64,000 nucleotides of DNA, from NCBI GenBank assembly GCA_002245135.1, contig NGBS01000308.1, positions 62,001-126,000 on the forward strand. The letters are read 5' to 3'. Position numbers and translations under genes: made by a program. Below the pieces are notes generated by a model that saw nothing but the letters and a program-made list of their open reading frames with translations, was not told the origin of the DNA and made no database searches. Numbering within the stretch: the stretch's first letter is position 1; each line of letters begins with the position of its first letter. Positions 1-12,696 of this stretch are shown here, one piece after another. This DNA comes from Proteromonas lacertae (Eukaryota).

Positions 1-330
1 AGATCTTATTATGCAGCTGGTGTACTATCAAATGTTGAAAATATTAAAGATGAAGATATAAAACTTGTTGATAAACATCTATTAAATTATTGTGAGTATA
101 AAGATGCACAATTTAGACTAGATGAGCATGTTGATGTTGAATTTAAGTATTTTACTTTAGCTATTTTCAATTTCAAAGAAGAATTAGTTGCAAGAAAAAC
201 CATAGCATTGTCTGGATTCGTTGCTGCTGACATGGGAGTAGTTGTTTTAGGTGTATTTACATTGATTATGGTTGTTGTATTATTGATATGGACATGTTGT
301 TATTGTGCTTATAAGAAAAATAAGAAGTAA
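1..330 (+). CDS. 5'-truncated single-pass membrane protein, first of three tandem related genes
   Basis: Frame 1 open from base 1 to TAA at 328-330 (RSYYAAGV...MGVVVLGVFTLIMVVVLLIWTCCYCAYKKNKK*): hydrophobic TM followed by a Cys/basic tail like the next two ORFs. Confidence 0.75.
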   Translation, partial: RSYYAAGVLSNVENIKDEDIKLVDKHLLNYCEYKDAQFRLDEHVDVEFKYFTLAIFNFKEELVARKTIALSGFVAADMGVVVLGVFTLIMVVVLLIWTCCYCAYKKNKK

Positions 331-439
331 TTACAGTTGTATATAAATTAAAATCCGATATAATCATATTAATTAACTTTATATTTTTATATGTAATTTT
401 GACAGTCATTTTGACATATTGTTTTTTTTTCTTCTATTC

Positions 440-1117
440 ATGAATAAAAGATTATCTATATTTTTATTCATATTTTTTATGTGTATAGACTCTGCGCATG
501 ATTTAAAAAGTAATCTACTATCGATAAATGCTTTGAATACTAATAATCTTAAATCAAAAGAGATGATAGATAAGAACAAGTTAACAAACGGTACTGTGTC
601 TTTATCATTGAAATATATATCAAGTGAATTAATTGGTGATAATCTAGAAGTAAAAGTAGAAATAGATGTCAAGAATCTCGATAATTGTTCTAATATACCA
701 ATTGTATGTTTTACCTACAATCTACCAGACATTCCACAAAAAGACATTGATGATTCAATTTTAAAAAGCAATAAACATATCAACACATGTTCAGGCAGTT
801 TATCATTGAAATTTTTAGTTAGTGACACATTACCAAATGTTTATTACATCTATTTCGGTATTCTTAACTCAGAGAAGAAAGTAGAAGCTAATCAAATAAT
901 CCAATTAAATAAACCATCGAGTAATAGTGTTAAATTAGATGGATGGTCATACTGTGTTATTGCTTTAGCAATATTTGCATTTCTAATGGTTGTAGGACTA
1001 ATAGGATGGACTGTATTTTTCTGTAGAAAAAGAAAAGAAAATACAACTCAAGAATCTAAAGGTCACATAGCAGAATCTTTGTTGAAGAGTAATAGTGCAG
1101 ATAGTGATGATGATTAA
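440..1117 (+). CDS. Type I membrane protein: signal peptide, beta-rich ectodomain with Cys pair, TM, short tail
   Basis: ORF 419-1117, likely start ATG 440 (MNKRLSIFLFIFFMCIDS); TM WSYCVIALAIFAFLMVVGLIGWTVFFC then RKRKENT. Confidence 0.8.
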   Translation: MNKRLSIFLFIFFMCIDSAHDLKSNLLSINALNTNNLKSKEMIDKNKLTNGTVSLSLKYISSELIGDNLEVKVEIDVKNLDNCSNIPIVCFTYNLPDIPQKDIDDSILKSNKHINTCSGSLSLKFLVSDTLPNVYYIYFGILNSEKKVEANQIIQLNKPSSNSVKLDGWSYCVIALAIFAFLMVVGLIGWTVFFCRKRKENTTQESKGHIAESLLKSNSADSDDD

Positions 1118-1260
1118 CTAATTAATATATGTTATAATTCTATTGATTGATAGTTTTTCGATTGTTGGATAAATTATGCGATTGTTATATTATCAATCGA
1201 TGGTTATTTCGATTGTTTTTCTCACTTTGTGTTTGTGTTTTAATTGATTTTTATCGCTCT

Positions 1261-1854
1261 ATGCAACTTTATTTACTCCAATTTATAATTTTATTTACTT
1301 TTAGTTTATGTATTGATCCAATTGATAAATTAAATAACAGAAATATCAAGGGGAATGTGATTTCTTCTTTTTCAGTTGCAGATATATCAGTAAATATAAG
1401 TGAAATTGTTGTGGATTTAACATCAAAGCCAAAAACTGTATCATTTAATCTAAATATAACAAATTGGCCATCTTGTGAAAGTAGTTATAACAGTAGTGTA
1501 TTAGTTGGTACATCTAATGAATTTTCCGATTCTGATATAATGATGAGAAAAGCAGAACTAAAGGGATGTGAACACAAAATAGTTAGACCATTTGAGTTAT
1601 ATACAAAGGATGAACCTCATGTATTATATATGGTAGTGGCAATTATGAAGAATCAAAATATATTTTCAAAGAATATTATCAAAATATTAGATAATCCAGA
1701 AAATAAACCAGCAAATGTATGGTTGTTGTATGTTATACTATTTCCTGTACTTATTGTTGTTATAGCGCTTGTTGTGGGTTTATGGTGTTATTGTTCTTAT
1801 TATCACAAGAAGAAAGAAAATACAAATTCAAATCAGATAAACCTTTTGATGTGA
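1261..1854 (+). CDS. Type I membrane protein, paralog of the upstream genes
   Basis: ATG 1261 MQLYLLQFIILFTFSLC signal peptide; TM VWLLYVILFPVLIVVIALVVGLWCYC then HKKKENT, matching the RKRKENT tail of the neighbour. Confidence 0.8.
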   Translation: MQLYLLQFIILFTFSLCIDPIDKLNNRNIKGNVISSFSVADISVNISEIVVDLTSKPKTVSFNLNITNWPSCESSYNSSVLVGTSNEFSDSDIMMRKAELKGCEHKIVRPFELYTKDEPHVLYMVVAIMKNQNIFSKNIIKILDNPENKPANVWLLYVILFPVLIVVIALVVGLWCYCSYYHKKKENTNSNQINLLM

Positions 1855-2041
1855 TGATAATAATAATTTATAATTTTATTAATTTTGTATGAATATAAAT
1901 AATGTTGATTTGTTTGGTAGAAAATAATCAATTATTCATCACTTTTTTTCTTTTCTATTTGTAACGAATATATTTTTAATAATTTTTATTCTCTTTATTC
2001 GTTTGTTTTATAGTTGATCAAAATATATCAAATCGTAATTC

Positions 2042-2786
2042 ATGTTTGATGAAAATGAAATATTAACTATTATTGGATATAGACCAGATTTTTGGTAGTT
2101 TTTATTGTTATGTTGTTAGGATTGGAAAGCCTTCCATATTTAGTAATCTACAATACTATTATAATGGCGATTTTTACTCAATCCCGCTGAATAATAAATC
2201 CGCCTTTTTAATTGGTTCAGATAACCGATGTGATATAAAACTACCAGTTATAGATTTATCACCATTTCATGCAGTTCTATTTTATGGAATAAACAGCTTA
2301 TTATATTTACTTCCGCTTCAAAATTCAAATTCTACTTATTATTCAAAGAATGTTCTAAATAATGGTCAAATGTTTAATTTAAATGATATAATATAATTTT
2401 ATATATTTAGGGCTGAAATACAACCAAACACGCCAATTCACTTTGGATCTTCAAATGTTGCATTTTATGCATATTTATATCAAAATCCAATTAATTACAA
2501 TTGTGTCAATTGCTTTAAAATAGATGTATGTTAATGATTGATATTTTTCTAACTTAATTAGATGAATAATAAAAAAAGAAGGAAGAAGAATAAAAATAAA
2601 ATTCAATGGTCTGATAAATTAATTAGAGAATATGAAATAGAACCACAATGTGTAGAACCAAAATCTAGTCATTTTTCTTTGAAAGAATCAAGAGATAAAT
2701 GGCCACATGACCAACAGAATGAAAATATTCATATATTGGATAGTAAATGTATAACTTCATATTCTAGTAGATTTAATCTCTTTTAA
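2042..2786 (+). CDS. FHA-domain protein, possibly NIPP1-like PP1 regulator; 3 introns
   Basis: Spliced via GT-AG introns (2095-2119, ~2372-2410, ~2526-2561); FHA-like motifs IGSDNRCDI, SPFHAVL, SNSTY, IHFGSS; basic stretch KKRRKKNKNKIQW resembles an RVxF/W PP1-docking motif. Confidence 0.65.
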
Positions 2787-2961
2787 AACCTGTTAAATTT
2801 ATATGGTGATATTTGATATGTTTTAGTAGCATGTGTATTGCATAAATACAATTAATTCTTCATAAGTAAGCTTGATCTAATGTTAAAACAAAAAAACAAA
2901 AATAATAGAAATATAGTCGTTTCTTCATCCTTTTTTTAATCTTTTCTTTCTATTTTTGGTG

Positions 2962-4532
2962 ATGGAGACTGTGAGCCAGGACATAACCAACAGATTATTT
3001 AAAAAATTAAGAGCTAGAACAGAAAATCAAGTATAAGGATTTTTAACCTTCTTTTTTGTAGTCATGTTTTGATTGTGGTGAAAAACATCCAGTTTGGGCA
3101 TCTGTTACATATGGCATTTTTATTTGTTTAGAATGTTCTGCAGCTCATCGTAATTTAGGAGTTCATATTAGTTTTGTAAGGTATTAACGTTGTTCTAATA
3201 TTCATAGATCAAGCGTATTAGATAAATGGAATGAGAATGATTTATTAAGAATGAAAGCTGGTGGTAATGGTGAAGCTAAGAAATTTTTTGAACAATATGG
3301 TTGGACAGATTTCACTAGTAAAAAAGTATCTATATAGAAATGTAAAATACTATGCCTATAGACAAGTGAAAAATATAATTCTCGTGCAGCTACAATGTAC
3401 AAAGCATATCTTGACAAAAAGATAGAAACTGAGAGAAATAATCTATTACCACTAATTACAGAAGAAGTAGAAGTGTCTACACCATTAGAAGGAAGTATTT
3501 TTATATCTATAATATATATATATATATATATCTTTAGATTTGGATGAATTAGAAAATGAAATAAAGTTAAGTCCTCCAACTCAACAATTTGATGATGATA
3601 TAAGTAATGCTAATGAAGGAGATAGTAATAAAATTATATCATCTGATGGAAAATTGGCAGTTAAACCAGTATCAACATTATCTAAACCAAAACCAGCCAA
3701 AGTAGCTGTATATTTATATATAATAATAATTATTATTATTATATTGAACAGAGTCGTAAAGGAAAACTTGGTGCAAAAAAAATTGGTGCAAAAAAGATCG
3801 ATGTTGATATCAGTAGTTTAACTTTAGATGATACAGCTCCACCAGCACCATCGACTTCCTCCAATAACAGCAATAATAAAGATGGCGTAATTCATTTAGG
3901 ATTACCAAGTAGTCGAGAACAGCAAATTGAAGATGATGTGTTAATCAGTGAAGCTTTAAAAGTATATATATTAATAATAATAATAATAATAATATTTATA
4001 GAGTAGTGGAACAACTGATATCAGTGGAGGAAGTTCCTCTTCTTCCAGTAAAGTATACGAAGCAACGAATTATAAACCAGCCACTGAAAGATTTAGTGGT
4101 GCTAAAGGAATTAGTTCTGATATGTACTTTAATCGAACTGGTCCTTCTCCTGAGGAACAACGAAGAATCACTGAGAATCTAAGTAGATTCAGTGGAAGTA
4201 AAGGTATTAGTTCCGATATGTTTTTCAATACTTCATCTAATTCTACTTCATCAACAACAGCTTCTTCTTCATCATCAAGTAGCAATAATTATAGTTATTC
4301 AACTAGTAATTATAGTGGTAGTGGATCTAATGCAGCTGCTTTACCTATTAATAGTGGTGAATTTAAAGTGATTAGTGATAATACATTTGGTTCAAGTGGA
4401 AGTAGTAATAATAATGTGAATATAAATAATAACGGTTCTTATGCACCAGCTGATAATTTAGAAGATTTTATGCAACAATTGGGAGATGGTGCAAGTGCTG
4501 CTTTATCTAAGATGAAGACTTATTTTGGTTAG
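2962..4532 (+). CDS. ARFGAP2: ADP-ribosylation factor GTPase-activating protein 2/3 (Glo3 type); 6 introns
   Basis: Spliced product has [40 protein letters not shown] zinc finger, [11 protein letters not shown] basic region and two Glo3 motifs ([26 protein letters not shown]). Confidence 0.92.
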
Positions 4533-4910
4533 ATATTATTAAGAAAAGAAATTTTTATTATAAATAATCTATTGATCTATTTTGATGTTTTCTTGGTTGT
4601 TTGAATGAATATATAAGAATGTTTGAATATATTATAAGTGAAAATATTGAACTTTTATGTAGATGATGTGATATCTTCGATACTATCAAAATGGGAGTAT
4701 GTTTGTTGTTAATAAAGCAAAAAGTGAAAGTAATATTTATGAATATCATAATTCTACATCCAAATTTACTTCATTAACACTAAAAATAGTTAAATAATCA
4801 CAAAATCAACCTCTGAATATGTATATCTCTAAAGATTGAATGTATAACTGATAAAAAATCCAAACAGCTATCAAGCTTTTTAATCTTTCATTTCATTTTT
4901 ATCACTATTC

Positions 4911-7900
4911 ATGGAAGATGAGAAAGTAAGTTACGCTCTTCCTGATGCAGATGAAATAACTAATCCTGTAGATGAAGGAGCGTATGGTAAAGTATTTTTA
5001 GTTAAACATAAAGGTGAAGTGCTTGCTAGAAAAGAAGTAGAATTTGATGGAAAGAGTGATGTTATTGTTGATAACACAATTCATGAAATAGAAATATTAA
5101 AAAAGTTGGATAACATAAATGTAGTTAAACTGGTTGATTCCTTTATTGATACTGAAAAAAATAAAGTTTACATTTACACAAAATACTATGAGAAAGGTGA
5201 TTTATGGAAAGTGATAAAAGAAAAGAGAAAGAAAAAAGAAGATTTCTCAATTGAAGTATATGTTGATTTATATATTATATGAATAGGAGTTAATCCATTT
5301 TATGAAAGATTTAATAAATGGATTGAAATATGTTCATAATAAAGGAATTCTTCATAGAGATTTAAAACCTGGAAATATATTGATTGGAGATGAAAATGAG
5401 TTAATAATAACTGATTTTGGATTAGCAATAGAAAGTGATATAAATGGTGTTAAAATAATAGGAACTCGTAATTATATAGCTCCTGAAATATGGCCAGGAA
5501 CAGATAAATATTCTGCATCATGTGATATATTTTCATTGGGTTGTATTTTATATGAATTATACACATTAAGAATGGCATTCAATGGATCTAAAACTGAAGA
5601 AATTACAGAAAAGATAATCCATAGAAGAGAGTTGAACTTTGAAAGAATAAATGATGAAAGAAATGATTTGATAGAAGAATTAATAAAAGGAATGTTAGAA
5701 AAGAACCCGAAAGAAAGAATGACAATGAATGAAATAGAATATAGAATATTCAATCTATCAGAGAATTTATCTTTACAATTAAATTCATCAGCTTATAATA
5801 TATATCAGAATCATTCCCATCCAGATAAAGATGAAATAATGGGATTAAATTATACTGGAATAGATGGGATAATATATGAAGTGAAACATGGAAATATACT
5901 TTGTAGTAGAAAAGATATATTATATGATAAAAGAAATGAAAATCAAATCAGAAATACAATACATGAAATGGAATTATTGAAAGAGTTAAATCATGAAAAT
6001 GTAGCTCAACTGTTTGATTCATTTATTGATGTAGATAAAAACAGAATTTACACTTACACAAATTATTTTGAGAAACGTAATTTAAGGAAAATGATAGAAG
6101 AAAAGAAAGATAAGAATAATTATTTTTCTCTTCCTGTATATTTCATAATATATATTGTATGAATAGGAGATATTCAATTATATGAAAGATTTAATAAATG
6201 GATTAAAATATATTCACAATGAAGGAATAATTCATCGAAATTTAAAACCGAGTAGTATATTAATAGGATATAGAAACGAATTAATGATCAGTGAATTTGG
6301 ATTAGATTTAGACAGTAGAATACTTGATGTTAATTTAACTGGAACACCAAATTATATAGCTCCTGAATTATGGCAAAACAAATCTCCTCCTCTTCCATAT
6401 TCTGAATCAAGTGATATATTTTCATTGGGTTGTATTTTATATGAAATATACACATTAAGAATGGCATTTAATGAAATCGATACTAAATCAACAATAGAAT
6501 CCATAATCAATAAAACAGAGATTAACTTTGAAAGAATGAATGATGAAAGAAATGCTTTGATAGAAGAATTAATAAAAGGAATGTTAGAAAAGAACCCGAA
6601 AGAAAGAATGAAATTGAATGAAATAGAAGAAAAGATAGATCAAATATCAAAATCATTACAACCATTATCTATAGCACTAAAAACATCAGCTTATAATATA
6701 TATAATAATCATTCCCATCCAGATAAAGATGACGTATTTAAGTGTATAGGAAAATGCAAATATGATAAAGTAGTAGTAGCTATACATAAAGGTGAAGCTT
6801 TATCTAGAAAAGATTTAATTTATGATAGAAAAAATGAAAATCAAATCAGAAATACAATACATGAAATGGAATTATTGAAAGAGTTAAATCATGAAAATGT
6901 AGCTCAACTGTTTGATTCATTTATTGATGTAGATAAAAACAGAATTTACACTTACACAAATTATTTTGAGAAACGTAATTTAAGGAAAATGATAGAAGAA
7001 AAGAAAGATAAGAATAATTATTTTTCTCTTCCTGTATATTTCATAATATATATTGTATGAATAGGAGATATTCAATTATATGAAAGATTTAATAAATGGA
7101 TTAAAATATATTCACAATGAAGGAATAATTCATCGAAATTTAAAACCGAGTAGTATATTAATAGGATATAGAAACGAATTAATGATCAGTGAATTTGGAT
7201 TAGATTTAGACAGTAGAATACTTGATGTTAATTTAACTGGAACACCAAATTATATAGCTCCTGAATTATGGCAAAACAAATCTCCTCCTCTTCCATATTC
7301 TGAATCAAGTGATATATTTTCATTGGGTTGTATTTTATATGAAATATACACATTAAGAATGGCATTTAATGAAATCGATACTAAATCAACAATAGAATCC
7401 ATAATCAATAAAACAGAGATTAACTTTGAAAGAATGAATGATGAAAGAAATGCTTTGATAGAAGAATTAATAAAAGGAATGTTAGAAAAGAACCCGAAAG
7501 AAAGAATGAAATTGAATGAAATAGAAGAAATAGCAAACAAAATATCTCAGCAATTGGAACATAAATCAGATAATGTCAGTGCAAATCAGAGAATCTCATC
7601 ATATACATATTCTTCTATAACATCATGTGAATCAGACAGTCTAGCAAGTTTTTGCGATTATAATTTTTTGATAATAAATATATATTTAGAAAATGCTTCT
7701 TTTATAGGTAATACTTTAAAAGAGATGAGTGAAATGAATGAAGAAGAGTTTAAATCATTTTGGAAAGATGATTATATACCTGTATATATGAAATATCTAA
7801 TTTATTATAGGTTTTATTTCCTTCAATTAATCAAGACAATCCTCCATTATCATTAGAAGATTCAAGAAAATTGAAGCTTAATAAATCCAAATTTTCACCT

Positions 7901-10900
7901 TATTTAAGAAAAATAATCAATTTACTTTTGAAAAGAGACGAAGGAAAGAAAATAGAGAAATCATTCATATTTGAATTATACAAATCATTTTCTTTCGTTG
8001 ATGATATTTTATATTCAATAATACCATTAAAAGCTGAAGTATTTCAATATAGTTTAATTTCATTTTAATAGATAAAAGAGAAAATAGAAAAGAGTAATAA
8101 CGAGATAGAATGTGTAGTTCAACATCAAAATGATTATAAAATGGTGAAAATTCTAGATATTAGTGGAATTAAAGAAAAGAAAATATCAAAATTCTATGAG
8201 AATAACTCCTTCTTGTTAGAATGTTGTTTATCCTTCGTCCATCCTTCTAAAATATTTCAATTGAATAGTTACAATGAATATATGATACTATCAAGAGATT
8301 ATTACTCTAGAGATTTAGAAGAGATGATTGAAAGTAACTCCTTGTTAAGAAGTGACATTTGTGAAATGATATATTCAATATGTGATATATTGTTAATATT
8401 GAGCGAATATTATGTAAAGATAAGCAATTTGAAGAGTTCAAACATAATAGTCAATAATAATAATGTTATATTCATATGTGATATGTTTCTAGATACATTT
8501 AGAAAAGAAGAAGATATGAGATTGTATGATATATGCTTTAAACCTCCAGAACAGTTGAATGGATTAGAATGTAATGATAGAAGTGTGATTTGGTCAATTG
8601 GATGTATATTATATGAAATAATTTATAAGAAATTACCATTTAATGAAGATAATCATATCAACAAAACAAAAGAGAATATTATGAGATGTAAATACAGTAT
8701 TGATGTAGAATGTGATGATGTGATGAAAGAAATGATAGAGAGAATGTTAAAAGTTAAAAGTGAAGATAGATTGAGTTTCAAAGAGTTGAAAAAAGAAATA
8801 ATGAAAATGAGTGAAATACCAAAAGATGGATATAATAATTTGATGGTATGCAATGAAAAGAAAGAAATAACCTACAATTATGATAAGTCAGCTATAGTTT
8901 TTTTTCACCCACCAGAATATTTTCTAAAAAGTGATAAATGGAAAAGTATAATTATATAAATGATTATTATTATGATATTTAAATAGAAAACCGAGATGAT
9001 TTAATAGAATTATACAACGAAAGATATAATGTAAGAATTCTTCTAATATTATGGTTGATGAAAAAATATAAAGGATATAAGCCAATAAAAGATCAGTTAA
9101 AATATCACATTCACCACAAATGTAGAGATGGAAAAGAATGTTATTTAGATAAAATTATTTATAATATTTCGGCTGAATATGATAGATATGAAGTTTCAAT
9201 AAATTCAGACTGTATATGTCAATGTGAAGAAGGAATAAATTACTTATTCAAAATATTGAAACTAATTAATCCAACGAAACTCAAATTTGGTATATTCTTC
9301 ATTTTATAGTTTGCTTAGATAATATTCATATGTCAGTTCAATATCAATCATTGTTCGGATTATGTTTTGCTGAATTATCAAATCTACAGGAATTAGATTT
9401 ATACAGATGTAAACTTACTTCTGGTTTTATAGAAGGTTTAATAAAATCACTTCCATCAATGATGAAAATGAAATATATTAATCTACAGTGTATTTATTAT
9501 CTTTCTTATTTTTTTATGAAATAGCAAATCGAATAGGTTCAAAAGGCTTTAAATTATTACTTCCATATTTACATTTATTAATAAACAATAATAATGAATT
9601 ACTTCTTGATAAAATGAATTTAAATGATGAATCAATGATATTATTATCAGAAGAATTATACAAATATCCAAATATTGAAGTAATAGATATTAGAGATAAC
9701 GATAGAATTGATTCAAAAGGATTAAAAGCCTTATTATTGAAATTCTCCATCAATAAAATAAGATTTGAGCCATATGGAAGTAAAGAGTTATTGATAGATA
9801 AAGACATTCCAGAGATAATAAACCATTTCCTGTTAGTAGTAAATTATACAGATTTACAATTATTTATGAGTAATTCTGGAATTAATGATGATTTTTTCAA
9901 ATCATTCATTTCGTTAAGATCAAATGAATTGAGAGAAGTAGAAGAATTTAATTTGAGTAGTATAATTTCACATTTTTCTGTTATTTAGATAATAAACTAA
10001 CATATAAAAGTATCAAAACATTAATTGACAGTTTATCATCATTTCTTAGTATTAAATATCTTCATTTAGAAGGAAATGAAATAGGAGATATAGGAATGGA
10101 ATTGTTATCTCCATACCTATATTTATTAATAGATAAATATGGTAATATTAATTGCTCTAGTATTATTGTTATTTATTTTTATTTAATAGAAATGGGATTA
10201 TCTTCAGATGGATTTATCTATTTAATTGATGGTTTAGTGAATATAAGAAGAAATGAAATTAGACTGGATATAAGTGGAAATAACATTAATTCAGATGGAA
10301 TAGAATATATTATGAATTATACGAAAGAAAATGATAGAATTAAAGAATTAATTATTTACAGTAAATATATATTATTTTTTATATTCATATTAGATAATCC
10401 AATTGGTAATAAAGGATTTAAATTGTTATTAAATAATTTAAACATGTTAGATCATATATCAGAATTAAATTTGAGTAATATATCAATAGATGATGAAAGT
10501 GTGATAATATTGACAAGTAAAATTGATTCACTTAATAAATGTTATACTATTAATCTAAAAGGAAATGAAATGCATATGAATGGCTTAAAATCAATATGTT
10601 CAAAATCATTAGAAAATGAAGAATATCCATTTATAAAAATGAAATGTTCATCATGGACAAACGAAGAATTGGAATATTATTTGAATTATTTCATTAAAAA
10701 GAAAAGAAAAAATAAATATAACAAAGACTATGATTTATCTAGTATAGTATTTAAATGTATAATGAAATAGACATGAATATCAATGATTCTCATATTTCCA
10801 TTATTCAGCAAATTGCTTTTGAAAAGCTTGATTTATCCAACAACAAAATCAGTTCAAAAGGGTTGAAACAACTAATTTGTAATACAGTTGATTTATCTCA

Positions 10901-11416
10901 TAGAATAATTAGTTATACAGTGATTGGATTAATGTATTCTTTACCAGAAAAATCAGAATGTATATCAATAAATAATAATCCAATTGGAGATGAAGGAATT
11001 GAGATAATATGCAATCATTTAAAGGAATTTGTTGAAATAGGTGATTTTCTTTTCCCAAATCTATTAAATTTTTCAAGTATTAAAAAATATAATGTATATT
11101 TCTAATTTGAATAGACATTGGAATGAGTGAAAAAGGATTGAAAATGTTAATAGAAAAATTAAAAGATTATAAACAATTAGATGAGATAAATCTATCAGGA
11201 AATGAAATGAATGAAGAAGAATTGATATTAATGAAAGACAATCAAGAGGTATTTGAGGATTTAAATGCTTTATCAATAACAGTAAAAGAGAATATAAACA
11301 AATCAAAATTAAAATCATTTCTACAAACATTTTCAACAATTAGTTTTATACAGTTGATTGGAATATCAGAAGAAGAAAAGAGAGAATTATCGAAGGAATT
11401 CTTCAATATTATTTAA
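4911..11416 (+). CDS. Large (~2,000 aa) protein: one intact Ser/Thr kinase (NEK-like), three pseudokinase domains, then RNI/NLRC3-like leucine-rich repeats; 14 introns
   Basis: All ORF pieces from 4911 to 11416 join in frame through ~30 nt GT-AG introns (e.g. 5257-5286). Domain 1 has EGAYG/HRDLKPGN/DFG/APE; domains 2-3 have HRNLKPSS/EFG; domain 4 has SNLKSSN/CDMF; LRRs follow the LxxLxLxxNxIGxxG pattern. Confidence 0.85.
5934..7530 (+). repeat. Direct duplication with 898 bp period (~5934-6632 and ~6832-7530) covering a pseudokinase domain and its intron
   Basis: Sequences starting at 6182 and 7080 read identically; the intron GTATATTTCATAATATATATTGTATGAATAG is present in both copies. Confidence 0.93.
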
Positions 11417-11510
11417 TTGAATAACCGTATTATAGTTAATATTATTTCTTATTTTTCTTAATCATTTAAAATTCAACAAAATATACAAAAATAACATCTA
11501 TTAATTAACT

Positions 11511-12534
11511 TCATCTATGCAGATAAGCACTAAATAGAATTATTACTATCATCAATAGAAATAATTTCAGTATTAAACTTCGATTGCCTTTCATTATATC
11601 AAGAAACTTATACAATTGCATTTTACCTTCTTCTACATGATATTCTGTCTCATCGATATTGCTTTCAATATCTTCTATCTGCTTACTTTGAATTGATACT
11701 AAGTTACTCATTCGATTTAATAAATTACCTATCAGAGACATTTGTTTTTCGATTTCTCGTTGTTCTTTTAACTGTTGTTCATCCAAAATATCACTGGATA
11801 TTGTAGTATCTACCATCAGTGTATTGGTTACATTATAAACTTGTCTTTGTCTTAAACCGTTTGATTTGGTGATATTATTACTATTAGCTTGTTCTTCATC
11901 CAATTGTTGTTGTGATAATTGTTGTTGTGGCTGTTTCTGTATTGGTTTTACTACTTTTATGTAATTTGGTTGATATTTAATAAATCTTTTAGTTTGAGCT
12001 AATTTAGATTCTTGAATATCTTTTAAGAAGTTCTATTGATATTAATGCATGCACTATAGTGTATTATACTTGCAGTCTTCTACAGCAATTCTCTGATTCT
12101 ATTTGATAAACATCTGCTACTGTTTTCCAATGATCAATTCCTTGACGACTCAACTAATCAATACAAACACATATAAATGATTAATCATACATTACTAGAA
12201 TTCAACTCTTTGTGCATTGTTTCTAAATCTTTTGAATATTCTTCTAATTTGTTATAAATAAATGTTTGTAGTTCGTTTAATTCTTTTGAAGAATTAGTAA
12301 ACAAGTCTCGTTTCTTAGATTTCTGTTTCAATTCGTTTAAATATGATTTGATGGTATTTAAGTTTTCAGTTAGTTTTACACATAACGAATACAAGGGATC
12401 ATCTAATCTAATAATTCAAATATATAATAATAACCTTACCTAGAATCTAAATGTCTTTGAGGTTTATTTATTTCTTTATTCGATAAAACAAATACTGTAC
12501 TCCAAAATTCAGAGCTTCTATCAACACTAACCAT
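11511..12534 (-). CDS. STX5: Syntaxin-5/Sed5-like Golgi Qa-SNARE; 3 introns
   Basis: N-terminus MVSVDRSSEF (DRTxEF-type motif), SNARE helix IEKQMSLIGNLLNRMSNLVSIQSKQIEDIESNI, C-terminal TM after NRSLILKLF. Confidence 0.8.
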
Positions 12535-12696
12535 GCTATTTAATGAGAAAAAAGAAAAAAAGAGAAATAGAAAAGTTTGAGGTTCGTGAATATATATTCG
12601 TTTCAAATTTCTTTTTCACTTCATATCTCTTTATACTCAATATCTACACAAAGAATTATATAAGGGAAAAAATAAATTCATAAAAATTGTAGTTAT

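Noticed and set aside
5257..11115. Many short ORFs suggesting stop-codon reassignment or several separate genes
   Set aside because: Every break is explained by a ~30 nt GT-AG intron; long ORFs end in TAA, TAG or TGA normally
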